Of a stretch of DNA of 64,000 nucleotides, positions 43,044 through 54,926 are shown piece by piece. Source of the stretch: Salisapilia sapeloensis CBS 127946. Its lineage: Eukaryota; Protista; Oomycota. The notes under the pieces are model-generated. The model saw only the letters and a program-made list of their open reading frames with translations, made no database searches and was not told the origin of the DNA. Each line of letters begins with the position of its first letter. Positions within the stretch are counted from its first letter, which is position 1. The position numbers and the translations under genes are program-made. The stretch lies in NCBI GenBank assembly GCA_023334545.1, contig JAADVB010000007.1:62001-126000 (forward strand). Reading direction: 5' to 3'.

Positions 43044-46000
43044 ATGCCAAATAATCGCTTCTTGAATGCATCAGCAAAAACTACTTCTATATCGGCAGCG
43101 TCCGATAACCCGACCGCGCGAAAGGATGTGGGTGCGAGGCACTCAAAAAAAGAAAAACTCATTGTACCAAGCGAAGACGTTTTCAACACACACATAACTA
43201 CTGCTGGAAAGCTCTTTATGAGCAAAATTCGGCGTCATCAAGCTCAAAAGGTGGATCGGCGCTCAAGAGGCTTCGAAAATGGCCTTCAAAATAAGACTCT
43301 CTTCATTGATCCGACGATTAATCGGCACTATGTCTTACTGATCATTGACTACACACAAAGTCGAAGAGAAGCATTGGCCGATGCTCTCGAGGAATATTTT
43401 GAAGTCCTAGTGGGCAAGAATAACGACCATGCACTTAAGTTAATGGGTATGTTCAAGATAGATTTCTTTTTGATACATACGAGTTTGGGTGAAAAGCATG
43501 CAATTGAAGACAGTCCGACGCTGCAGTTTGTACTGGACATGAAGAAAAAGCTTTATCCAATACCTTTTGCCGTCATGGCCGCTACTAGTGATGGCAAAGA
43601 AAACGAATTTGATGTTCTACTTATGAGGCTACTGCAGCAAGGTGCTTGTGGCTACTTTCTTGATGATGTGAAACCTTCGGCAATGATTGATGGTCTTGTG
43701 CGAATGATGACATCGATTGTGAAAACGCAACAAGAAGAACGAGCGTGTTTAGGCCGGAAGCTAAGTTCCGCCTACAGAAACCAAGAGGAAGCCCTAACAA
43801 TGCAGGGAATTAAACATCACGGCTTACCTTCTCGAATAGGGCAGAATGCGATAAAACGTAAACCCGATTCAGTCGTGTATGACCATAAGAAGATGCTCTT
43901 TGAGCTACAACTCGCTCAACGAAAGTGTTGCTTGCAGCAACGTGAATTTGTTGCTAGTTCAATAACAAAAGGTCATTCGGTTCTTGGTGTTGGTATGAAG
44001 ATACCATGCTCGGATTCTGATCATAGCAAGTCTGCCGATGAATTGAGAGTCAAACGTCGATTGGCTTACTCGTCTTCGCCGAGCCGATTAACCCCAAAAA
44101 GGAAGGGTCTAGAGCCTGCGATTCCACCTTTACCATCTCAGGAACAGATTAAATCGCGAATTTATACGAAGCCTCATGAACTTCAAGGCATGATTCAGCG
44201 TCACTTCTATGCTGATTTTCACACTTCCAAGCACGAATCTTTACCTCACGATCCACTTATTCATCCCTGTATCGTAATTAATCCGACTAGAGCGTCGGCA
44301 AACATCGGTCAAAATACAATTGCTGTCAAAGCCTATCACTTATATCTTGAGCACCGGTACGAAGAAGCTTTAATGGAATGTAAACGAGCGATTAAAGCAC
44401 AAAGTAGTAAGCTTGTCAAACTTGTTATTTTACTCGAGGGAGTACTGTACGAAGAGCTTGGGAAGTTTGATCTAGCTGAAATGGATTTCCTCAAATGCCT
44501 GAAGCTCGATGATAAGCTGCATGAGGCTCGATATAACTTGTGTGTGTGTCGAATGCAGCTAGGTGATGATGAGAGTGCCCTAGCTGACATATCTAAAGCA
44601 CTCGCATCGGACCCGGACAATCTAACGTATCTTCGAACTCGAGGACTTATCTATCGACGTATGGGAAAACTTACAGCTGCTCAAGAAGAGTATGCAAAGG
44701 CGAAGGAGCTTTCGAGTGTTAAAGATGCTTCGGATGTATCGACTAATACCATGAAGAATGCTAATAGTTTAGAATCATATCCGCATGCTTACTCCGTACG
44801 GAACGGTTTGGCGATAGATATGCAGGATGACTTGCATGAAAAGATCTTTGGGTATCCTACAGAAGATAAGGTAGCGTTAATGTGTCCTCCAGGGGAGCGT
44901 TCAGATGCCATGATTGCCGATATTGCTTGCAGACTGCAAAGTGTCAGCTTTTTCCAAAGCTTTCCTGTTCATGTCGTACAAGATGTAGCCAAAGTAATCG
45001 AGTATGATGTAATACCGTGTGGTAAGCCATTTACACTTGGAGAAGAGCATTTACAGAACTTTTATATCGTATTAAGTGGCAGCATTAGTGTGCGTCGCAA
45101 GCTAGGCGATCTTTCATCTTCCATTACGACGCATCATATTGGAGCTGGCATGTCATTTGGCTGTACGGGTTTTGCGATCTCATCTCACGCGACGCTTGTA
45201 GCTGATGAGTTGAGCGAAGTTGGTATCCTATGGCCCGGTCAGTATGTATCAACTATCCATGAATTGTGGAAGACGAAGAACAACAGTTCGTTTAACTTTT
45301 TAAAGCAAATGAGTGCATTTAAACTCCTGAGTACGAGCAACTTAGGGCACTTGGTCGGGATATCTGAACGAGTACGATTTCTTAAAGGAGAGCAGATCTT
45401 GGAGCAAGGGCAAAAACCGCCAGCCTTGTATATACTTTGTAAAGGCACTTGTACGATGCGACAAGACTTCTCACGACCTCCGCTATGCTTTGAACATGCA
45501 CGCAAGGATCAGGTACTTGATCAAGAAGTAGAAGACAGTTTGGATATGGATAATACTGGAAAAGAGAAAGTGGTGCCATATCATCGCTTTTTGTATCACG
45601 ATGACTGGCCGTTTGGTTTCCAAGTGACCGGACAGAGGCGAAATGGTCGAGACTTTCACAGCGGACGGCGAAATGCGTTACTCGAACCTATTGACAGCAA
45701 AGATACGGTCAACTACGCTGTCACAAGTCTGCCAAGCACAAATACAGCTAGCAACATCAAACGAATACGCAGAGGAGTTGTGTCCGAAACACAGCTACGG
45801 CCAGCTGCACTGTTTGGTGAATCTGGTCTTTTTATTGATCCTCAGCGAACGCTTTCTAAATGGTGCGTGTGCGGAATGATCTATCGCTCCGCTTGCTAAT
45901 ATTGACGCTGTGGATGTGTACATTGTAGTTCCGTTATCGCGGAGTCGATCGTTGAGGTTCTCGTCATGAGCCATTCCCAGTTGCACGAGATGGAATTGAC

Positions 46001-46250
46001 ACCAGAAGTCATTTCGAATATTTTAGCTGCAGCACCACCGTATCTGAAAGAAGAGCACGTAATAGATCAAAAGGTCCAAAAGAAAACTTGGAACGAATTT
46101 AAGCATGGTCAAGTGCTCGAACTGTCAAAAAAACGATGGCCGAATGCACAGGTACGACAAATTACTCATAACTTTCTTTTCATAGTATCCGCAAGCTAAG
46201 CAATTGAATAGAAGCATTTGCGAATGCTCTCTAATGGTTGCAGTATCATC
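43044..46250 (+). CDS. Pseudo-receiver + TPR + two cNMP-binding-domain protein; 3' exons approximate
   Basis: CheY-like fold at about 43326-43720; TPRs (AEMDFLKCLKLD, ALADISKALASDPDN); two CAP-ED domains (FYIVLSGSI..SFG; LYILCKGTC..LFGE). Introns near 45864 and 46151. Confidence 0.78.
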
Positions 46251-46570
46251 ATAGCCGCCCAAAAGGATAAAAAACCAAAGCAAAGCAGTACGACAGAAAT
46301 CAACCAATAAACAAATGTAAATTCTGGCTAACATATTAATTGGCAGTGAGTTTCTCTTTATATCAGCTCTACTTCCATTGGAAAACTGATGAGATAGTCA
46401 AGTACTTGTCCATTGCATTCATGGATAGATCGCATTCACATACTTGTTGATGACACAGAGCGAAGTACCGCACCAAAGTACACTTTGAGAAGTCGACTTC
46501 GGGTTGCATAATCATGAAGAATGCGTGCGAGAGTGCATGTCATGAGTTTTAAACACTCTCTCTCAATCAA

Positions 46571-48022
46571 ATGACCGACGAACTGGACGCTTGGTTCTCT
46601 GCGTCGCTCGAAGAGTACGATGAAGAGCTGGAGCAGCTACTGAACGAATGCAAAGACGATGTGAATGTTTCTGAACCGAATCGTGTGGTGCCTATCGATG
46701 TAAAAGCTTCGTCCCAAGACCAGGATAGATCAGTTGGGACAAGACCTTCTCTACCAAGTCCATCTAATGCACCCATAGCGTCATGCGACGATGCATCCGT
46801 ACATAGCTTGGATGGATCGTCGCTTATGGACCATACAGATGCGTCCTCCTATAGTACTCCTTCGCTAGTTGACCTAAAGAACAGCCCCTCCTCCATCTAC
46901 TCATCGACCAAATCTCAACCCAAGTCATCAGATCACCCGAGTTCAAGTAAATTCCAAAGCTCCATATCGACGAATGCCAAGCCAGTTCGACGAACAACCA
47001 AACAACAGATCCAGGAGCTGGAAGCAGAAGCTGGAAGGCTCGTGACACAACTATTCGAACTCCAGAACAAATCTGCCGAGTGGACGTCGTCATCGGCTCC
47101 AAGTATGCAGTGGCGAGCTGTAGCTACTGAATATTCGCGCAAGCGTGCTCGAGCAGAGAAAGAAAATGCTCAATTGCGTAAACTCGTCAAGTCTCAAGAT
47201 GCAATGGTACAGGAGCTAGCGACGAGTTTAGAAGCAAGTCGTCAAAGTAGAACGCTGCTACCGGTCGTGTCGGTCGGTTTCTCTAGAGACGACGTACAGA
47301 TCTTCCAGACATTGTATGCCAGAGCAAATGGTGTCTACGGCAGAGTGCAGGAAGCGCTCGTACGTTCCGACCTTTCGAATCTCCAAGGCACGAGGACGTA
47401 TTTCAATTATCAGGTCAAACTAGACGCCAAGGAACGAAGATGTGTGGAGTTCAATCGGTCGCAAGTACTGCCGTTCGACTGTTCCTCTGTCGCAGATGTC
47501 GCGTGGAAGCAGCTGTCTTATGCGCATGCCAAGGACTCTTGCTACTACTTCCAGCCGTATCATGTTTCGGAAGATACGTGTGCGCTTGAACTAGCTCGCC
47601 GTCGTAGTATCTTCAAGAGCGTCGTACACACCACTGGCAAGTCTACCCTGCGTCGATTCTGGGATGGCAATCGATGTGTGATCGTGTGGGTGAGTGAATC
47701 GAGACCGGTGGAACTATCACGGCATCTATCGAACTCGTGTGGCTACGACAATTTTGGGTGGATAATCATTGCCCCGGAAGATGAGAACCACACGCGTATA
47801 AACAGTTCTGCTAGCACGACACCGATCTTTCAAAACACAACGCACGAACGTGCTTCATCTCAATTTACGACTCTTGTAAATATGCTTAGCCATGTCCACA
47901 TGAATGGATGGGATTTACTGCAGCAGTCAATCCATCGATTGCTTGCTGAGAGACGTAGGTTAGTCGATTCATGTTATAAAGCTCGTATAAATACGGCAAT
48001 ATGCGGTCACTTTGGCTTGTAA
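46571..48022 (+). CDS. Oomycete M96 mating-specific-family-like protein (bZIP-like coiled coil + START-like domain)
   Basis: KQQIQELEAEAGRL, WRAVATEYSRKRARAEKENAQLRKLV, VLPFDCSSVADVAW, LRRFWDGNRCVIVW, GWIIIAP. Confidence 0.65.
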   Translation: MTDELDAWFSASLEEYDEELEQLLNECKDDVNVSEPNRVVPIDVKASSQDQDRSVGTRPSLPSPSNAPIASCDDASVHSLDGSSLMDHTDASSYSTPSLVDLKNSPSSIYSSTKSQPKSSDHPSSSKFQSSISTNAKPVRRTTKQQIQELEAEAGRLVTQLFELQNKSAEWTSSSAPSMQWRAVATEYSRKRARAEKENAQLRKLVKSQDAMVQELATSLEASRQSRTLLPVVSVGFSRDDVQIFQTLYARANGVYGRVQEALVRSDLSNLQGTRTYFNYQVKLDAKERRCVEFNRSQVLPFDCSSVADVAWKQLSYAHAKDSCYYFQPYHVSEDTCALELARRRSIFKSVVHTTGKSTLRRFWDGNRCVIVWVSESRPVELSRHLSNSCGYDNFGWIIIAPEDENHTRINSSASTTPIFQNTTHERASSQFTTLVNMLSHVHMNGWDLLQQSIHRLLAERRRLVDSCYKARINTAICGHFGL

Positions 48023-48731
48023 TGGATCGACATTTGTACACACATGACGACCTTCTCCTTGTTGCGTTCCGTGCATAAATTTTTAGATTGACGTGACGGT
48101 ATCTTGGAGTGTTGTTACGACCAGCGCAGTCGTATCAGGAAATGCAAGGGACGTAAGGACAGGAAGTCGTTTGTAAGCATTTGCGCGTCGATCCATCGGT
48201 ATAGAATTTTGCAGAGAGCGTGCATTGTCGTGCGTCAAAACAGAAGAATAGGAAGGTGGTGGATGCTAGGTCTTGAAAAACTTCGGCTCGTCCGAGGATA
48301 TAGGATGCAATCTCGTTGGCAGAGACATATCGAGTGAGGTGATCATTTTCGGTCAAGTTAAACAACTCGAAGCGGACTTTCTTGCTGACCACAAAAATGA
48401 CATACACTCTTCTTCGAATAAAACATCTCCTTTTTAGAATATCACACCTCAATGAAAATGCCGGATCAGATGAAGGACGTAAAATAGGCTTGTCAAGCCC
48501 ATCTCGGCTGCTTTGACTGGAGACGAGGCGATGGCGACTACCTCGTTGTTGTATGAGGATGTGCAACTAGAAGAGAAACGTAGTGCAACTAGGAAGCGAA
48601 GGGGAAAGCGTCGCATCTATGTACGACAAGAAGGCCGTAAGCTCAGGATCAGCAGCGCTGCCGTCAACTGCTTATTGGCGTGCGCATTTCATTATTCAAT
48701 ATATTTCGCGACCTCCCGTCCGTCCACACAA

Positions 48732-50328
48732 ATGCGTCGGCACCATTCCAATCCAACGCCTCCTACGGTCGTTTCACCGCGATTCCAAGCCGAAATCGAT
48801 GTCAACCACTCCAGTAACGCAGACGATCAACTAAACACATTGATGCAACCAGATGAAGAGCCCAGAGCGCCTTCATCTCAAACTTTCAACTTCGACCCGA
48901 CCAAATACAAAGATGGCACCTATCGATTTATCCCAGCGTCCGCAACGGATCAAATTCGGTATACAGGTAGAGTGCTCAAATACGGCAGTGAATCGTCCAT
49001 TCCAGCTAAAATCAACGCCGTGGACTTTGACTGGCCTGGTGTCAGCTTCGAAATTACCGTCAAAGGCTCCAGCAGCGTTGCAATACGTCTTAAAGGAGAT
49101 GGTACGATACTGGTACGATGCTCTTCGTTTGCATGTTAACTGGACTCTTCGTGTAGGAAACTACTTTAATGTCTTCGTGGACGGGCAGTTGGAGTGCACG
49201 CTGCGAGCTTCCCTCCACCCAACTTGCTGCGATGGTATTGTCTGCATTCCATCTCCATGACCTCGACATTCTGCTAACAAGTATACGCACATAGTGGCGA
49301 CTGATCTGTCGACAGATGACGAGCACACAGTCTCGATTACCAAGCGTACAGAGCCTCAGGTGCGAGGAGCCATGTCCACATTCAAGCTATGTACCTTCTA
49401 TGGCTTTATCGTGGAAGAAAATGCCCACGTCGTTCCTCCCGTTGTCGATCCCGATCGGTGCCGGATCGAGTTTGTAGGTGACGCGAGTACCTGTGGCCTC
49501 GGCAATGAAGGTGAAAGTGGCATTAATCGTCGTAGGTTCGGTATGAAAGGTCGAATGGAGAATGTGTACAATGCATACCCACTCATCGCAGCTCGGATGC
49601 TTAATGCCGAGGCACACGTCCTTGGATGGAGTGGGAAAGGTGTGCATAGCAACGCTCACGTGTGGGGCGTGACGATGCCAACTCTGTACAAGCAGACACT
49701 AGCGCTACAAGAAGGTGAATGGGATATGATGAAATGGGTACCCGATGTGGTAGTATTAAATATGGGAGGAAATGACCTGACTCCACCTGCCTCGCCCGAA
49801 GCGGACGTGATCGAGGCTTATGCGAGCTTTGTAGAGGAGATCCGTGATTGTAGGCATCTGTGTTTTAGTTTTTGTTGATTGTTTCTTACCACTCTTATGG
49901 ATAGACCGACCGAACGCACACATCTTTTGTGTCGTATGTGATGAAGGCTGTCTGAGCTCAGACACGTCTGAAGTGAGTCGATCGAGGATGTCTCGACAGT
50001 TACGTGAGATAGTCAAAGTCGCACTGGCAAGAGCGTTGCCGGTGGATGAGAAGCTGCACTACACGCATATTCATGTACTTGCTTCCGTCCTATTCTTGCC
50101 ACACTCCTGTGCTCACTTTGTCGGTAGATTGATGGCGATTTACAAAACGAAGACTATGTCGCGTCTGGACATTACTCTGTGAGTGGACATGTCAAGATCG
50201 CTGGTGCACTCGCGGAAGAGATTGCTCGAAAGACTGGATGGGATATTAAAGAAGCACCGATGACAATGCCATATCCACAAGCGAAGAAGGACATTTTGAT
50301 CCCAAAGGAGCAGTGCGTGATTTCCTAA
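48732..50328 (+). CDS. CE2-like SGNH/GDSL-fold protein, nucleophile Ser replaced by Ala, C-terminal CaaX, multi-exon
   Basis: FDWPGVSF, YFNVFVDG, ITKRTEP, RIEFVGDASTCGLGNEG, AYPLIAARMLNAE, WSGKGV, PDVVVLNMGGND, SGHYSVSGHVKIA. Ends ...EQCVIS*. Confidence 0.8.
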
Positions 50329-50440
50329 GCGCATCCACGTCGCAATCAACTGCTGGCCATTGGCTTATACATATTTGTCTGTATTTATTTAAATGTCTGG
50401 CAGAAATAGTGGTTAGAAACAATCAACATGGAGATTCATG

Positions 50441-51112
50441 TCAGTCTTTATGATCGTCTCGATGCACCCTATCTGTACGTTCGTGTCGCCGTTCTTCCCG
50501 CTCGTGAAACAGACGCTCCCTCGTATGCATCACTTCCATTCGCTTCTCCTCTCGCTGTCCTTGACGCTCGAGTCGACGTTGCTCTCGTTTCGCTCGTTCA
50601 GCTATCTGATGTGGTGTGTTGCCGGCTAATGCCTGTGCAACGTAGTCCATCCGCTTGGCATACTCTTCCATAGATAACTCTACTTCTTTTTGCTGCTCTT
50701 CTATTTCTGCTGTACTCGGAGCGTTGATCGCTGCCTCGATCATGTCTGGAGTAGGGTGTGTCTCGGACGGCGGAGGGGCAGGCTGTGGCTCTGTATGAGT
50801 CTCAACATGGTTTGGAGGCTGTTCGCGTGTACTGGATGAGGTCTTTGAAGGCGGAAGCTGATCTCCAGTAGACTTCTGTGCTGGTAAATCATGAAAAGAA
50901 GGATATAATGAGCCCGATGCTTGTCCATCATGTCGATGAGTATTCCTCGTGCTATCCTTGGGCACATATGGACCATTTTGTTTTACTTTTTGACTACATT
51001 GAGGTATCTGAGCTACTGCTGTAGTTACAGGACGTTCTTCAGAGCCGTATTCCAAGTCAAACGCGTCAATGAGCTCGTCTTCGTACTGTTCCTCGGACCG
51101 ATTCATGAACAT
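50441..51112 (-). CDS. Hypothetical protein with charged C-terminal coiled coil
   Basis: 223-aa ORF with an ATG start, P/S/T-rich middle and R/E-rich helix. No family recognised. Confidence 0.55.
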   Translation of the reverse strand: MFMNRSEEQYEDELIDAFDLEYGSEERPVTTAVAQIPQCSQKVKQNGPYVPKDSTRNTHRHDGQASGSLYPSFHDLPAQKSTGDQLPPSKTSSSTREQPPNHVETHTEPQPAPPPSETHPTPDMIEAAINAPSTAEIEEQQKEVELSMEEYAKRMDYVAQALAGNTPHQIAERAKREQRRLERQGQREEKRMEVMHTRERLFHEREERRHERTDRVHRDDHKD

Positions 51113-51207
51113 TTATTCCTTGTTCTTTTTCCTGTCCAGATTACAAACAATTATCTGCTACTAGATCATTTTCGTCCAATCCGCATCTACCTCTATCTCT
51201 TCGTTGA

Positions 51208-52245
51208 TCACCGAGATGACCAACGAGATGCTTTCCGAGCTCGATCGCGACTTGGACTACGACTGCGGTCTCGAGAACTCCGTCTTCGTCGGTCGTGGCG
51301 ACTCCGTGATCGGCTCCTGTCTCTCCGACGTCGAGAACGACTACGACTACGCTTCTTCTCTCGGCTCTTGGACCGATCTCGATCGTCACGAGCACGCTCC
51401 GTCGGTTCCCACCGTGATTTCTTTTTCCGATGCAAAGAATCTTGCTCCTTTGTTTTCGGCGGGTTTTCCTTTGGCCGGAAGACTTCGAACGGATCGATTT
51501 CTGTTAATGGTTTTAACCATCCAATGCGTTCTGTTCCGTGTACTTGTAGAATTTCTTTACTAGCAGCATGCACTTCCTTTTCCTCCACTTCAAATGTCGA
51601 GAAAAGTGTTAAATCGATTGCCATTTGCTCCTCTTGATAGGCCAGCATGATCACAGCACAAGCAATTGTATCGGCTGGATATCGAACACAAACATCAATC
51701 CGAAAACTGCTTTGTAAATACACGTAGCTCTGCTTTTCCACACCGGACGGAGCGGGAGCAATGGAAAAATAGTACGCAAGAAACTTGTGCGGGTGTTCCA
51801 TCACACTATAAAGTCGAAAGCCAAGACTGATGAGAATCTGGCGTTCGACCAAAACAAGCCAGTTGTTCCATGTAGAGTAGGCAGCGCCGTTGTGATCGAT
51901 GGACAGAGCCTGGTGTCGATTCGACGGACCGAGTACGCGATGCTGATACATGTCATAGAAGACGGTAACGACCTCACGAATGGTGCGTGCCTGCTCCTCC
52001 ACTTTAGCAGCTAAGAACGTGCATCCCATGGCAGTACGCAACGCATCAAAGTCGACGAGTGACTGTCGATAGAAAAACCGATGTAGCAGTGTCTGTGCCG
52101 TTGCTGCGACAACATCAGGAAGCTTGAGCACTGCTGCTGCATCCTGAATGAGCTCACATGCAAACGCTCGATGTTGCTTTTCAGCCGACAAAGTGATGCC
52201 GTCCTTGGAAGACGGAGACGGGGGCAGGTCGGCACCTGTCGACAT
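51208..52245 (-). CDS. CCNL1: Cyclin L with C-terminal RS domain
   Basis: CELIQDAAAVLKLPDVVAATAQTLLHRFFY, AMGCTFLAAKVEE, ERQILISLGF..EHPHKF, and an RS tail. Confidence 0.9.
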   Translation of the reverse strand: MSTGADLPPSPSSKDGITLSAEKQHRAFACELIQDAAAVLKLPDVVAATAQTLLHRFFYRQSLVDFDALRTAMGCTFLAAKVEEQARTIREVVTVFYDMYQHRVLGPSNRHQALSIDHNGAAYSTWNNWLVLVERQILISLGFRLYSVMEHPHKFLAYYFSIAPAPSGVEKQSYVYLQSSFRIDVCVRYPADTIACAVIMLAYQEEQMAIDLTLFSTFEVEEKEVHAASKEILQVHGTERIGWLKPLTEIDPFEVFRPKENPPKTKEQDSLHRKKKSRWEPTERARDDRDRSKSREKKRSRSRSRRRRDRSRSRSRHDRRRRSSRDRSRSPSRDRARKASRWSSR

Positions 52246-52654
52246 GCCGATTCGATGGCCAAAGTAGTGTGCAAATTGTACCTAATGTTAGCTATCAGTT
52301 ATATCAAGTTCGTCGAAGAGCTAGTTGATCATGTGCATCCAGACCGCCTTCAATGTCCTCACTACGTGTTTGTCTGCTTTCTACTTGGTGATAAGCTCTT
52401 TGGACATGCAACTAGACTTAAATATATAAATTATATACGAGACACCGATTTGCATTTGCTCGAACACATCTACTATGCGGTTACTACATGAACCTGCGTT
52501 TCTTGATGTGCATACAAAAGGACCTTTACCTTCCTAGCTGTACCTTGGCGTTGGATTTACTTGGCGCTTTCAACCATGCCGTCCTGCATCTCTAACAGTT
52601 TATATTCTCTACTTCAAAGACATGTATAACGCCATGGTCAAAAGTGCTTGTGAT

Positions 52655-54738
52655 TTAATGCAACGGAATGGGCTGCGTCTCCTGACAAAGGTATTCCAAC
52701 GCACTTGGATCGATCGACTCGAGTTCTGGCGTCAGCTTCTCACGAACATCAGCATGGTAGTCGTTCAGCCATTGGATCTCATCGTTCGACAGCATGTCTA
52801 CATCCACCATCTTGCGTTGGATCGGACACATCGTGATCGTCTCGAATTGACAAAACTGCTTGCCAAGCGGACTCTTCTCCGACACTTGTTTCGCCAGCAT
52901 CAGACTTTCAATTCGAATACCGAACTGTCCATCCTCATAGTACCCTGGCTCATTGCTCACGATCATCCGGTCTTGGATGAGCAAGCCATCCGGATTGAGT
53001 TTAAACGACATCAAGACTCCTTTCTCATGCACATTTAAAAACGCACCGACGCCATGGCCAGTCCCGTGTCGATAGTCCAGTCCAGCCTGCCACAACGGTG
53101 CACGCGTGATGGCGTCGAGTTTGACGCCTTCAATCTTATCCGGGAACTTGGCTCTCGCCAAGGCGATATGACCTTGCAAGACAGACGTAAAGCACCGGCA
53201 TTCGTACTCGGATGGCGTACCAAAGTGCAGCGTACGTGTAACATCCGTCGTGCCATCCAGGTACTGCGCACCAGAGTCATTCAGATACATTTGAGAAGAA
53301 GAGAACGTAGAGCAAGAGCCTTTCTGAGGCGCGTAGTGGATCACAGCACCGTTGCTACCAACACTAGAGATCGTCTCAAAGCTAAGCGATACGTAATCTT
53401 TCATCTCTCGACGAAGCTGCTCTTGCTTGTCTGCCAAATCGACCTCATCCAAGGACTCTGCGACGCCATCATCCACTTGACGTTGCAGCCAGGAGAAGAA
53501 TCGCACGAGAGCAGCTCCGTCACGAATGTGCGCTTGCTTCATGCCTTGTATCTCGACATCATTCTTAATAGCTTTCTGAGCCATGATGACTGACGTCTCT
53601 TCCTTTCGCATAGATGGTGGCAGAGCGAGGAAGACTGCGACGTTACATTGAATCGGATCAATAAGGACTTTGGCACTTGGATGAGAATCAGCGTAGGAAG
53701 AGAGGTAAGGAAGCATGGAGCTATAGGTTTGGACGTCGACGTTATCCTTTTGCAGGTGGGCTTCCACGTCCTGTGGATTCGCTGCGTCTACGAACAACGT
53801 CGCCGAGTCTTTCGAGATGAAAGCATAGCTGATGGCGACTGGGTTGAATGCAACGTCACTGCCACGGATGTTTAGTAGCCACGCAATGTCGTCGAGAGCA
53901 GTGAGGACGATAGCTTCAGCGCCTTTAGATGCGATAGTGGAACGTAGCTGAGCTAGTTTCTCACTTACAGACGCACCAGTCAGAGCTTCTGGTAGGACGG
54001 AGACCTTGGATTTAGGCTCAGACGGACGGTCGGGTCCCCAGATTTCATCGACAGGGTTGACACACTCCTGGAGAGCAACGAGGTCGACGGAGGAATTCTC
54101 CAAGGCAGATGCATACGTCCTGATACATGAACTAAGTACATATCAAGAGACAGGAAGTAAATACAAATACCGAGCAGCAGAGACGGAAGTGAGGTACGGA
54201 TCGATGGCAAAGAAACCATTGCCAGACAAGTGCGATCGCAGCCATTCCTGCAAGTTACGTTAGATTAGACTCTAGTTATAAGGAGGATAAGAAGTATTGT
54301 ACCGGGATGGTAGGGACGCCAGGCTCTCCCATCTTCATCAAGCTCCAGTCTTTACTCAACTCCTTTTCTGCCTGTAAAAAGTATCTCCCGTCGGTCCACA
54401 TCAATGCTTCCGTCGGAGTAATGATAGCTACGATAGCATAAGTACTTGAGTTTCCATCGATCTAGTATGCGTATTAAAGCAAGTATACCAGTGCCATTCG
54501 ATCCAGAGAACCCAGTGATATACTCTCGTCGATTGTGAGCGTCTCGAACGTACTCGCTTTGATGCGCATCGGCCGTATCGACCAGAAACGCCTGCAGCTG
54601 ACGACCGTCGCTGCCTGCATCAATGGCTGGACTAGGTGTACTCGAGACTTTTCCTTTCTCCAGACGACCTCGAAGAGGTAGCAGTCGAGCATTCGATCGT
54701 TCTAAAATCGACCGTAGTTCACGTAACTTGTCCCCCAT
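52655..54738 (-). CDS. XPNPEP1: Xaa-Pro aminopeptidase (aminopeptidase P), multi-exon
   Basis: [80 protein letters not shown]. Confidence 0.93.
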
Positions 54739-54926
54739 GACGATGGTATCCGATATACTCTTCCAGGTCGGAATCAGATTGTGCGGTTCTCCTGCACGTC
54801 CGAGTAAAATGACGTTACAATAAACACCAGCACTTGTATGGATAAAATGTATTAATGCGAGACGAACGATTGACTCCAAGCGCTGTCATCAGATGGACAC
54901 ATCCCAACGTGATCGATCGGACGGCC

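Noticed and set aside
50921-51637. 238-aa plus-strand ORF with RLR repeats
   Set aside because: Antisense reading of the cyclin L RS tract and the neighbouring gene.
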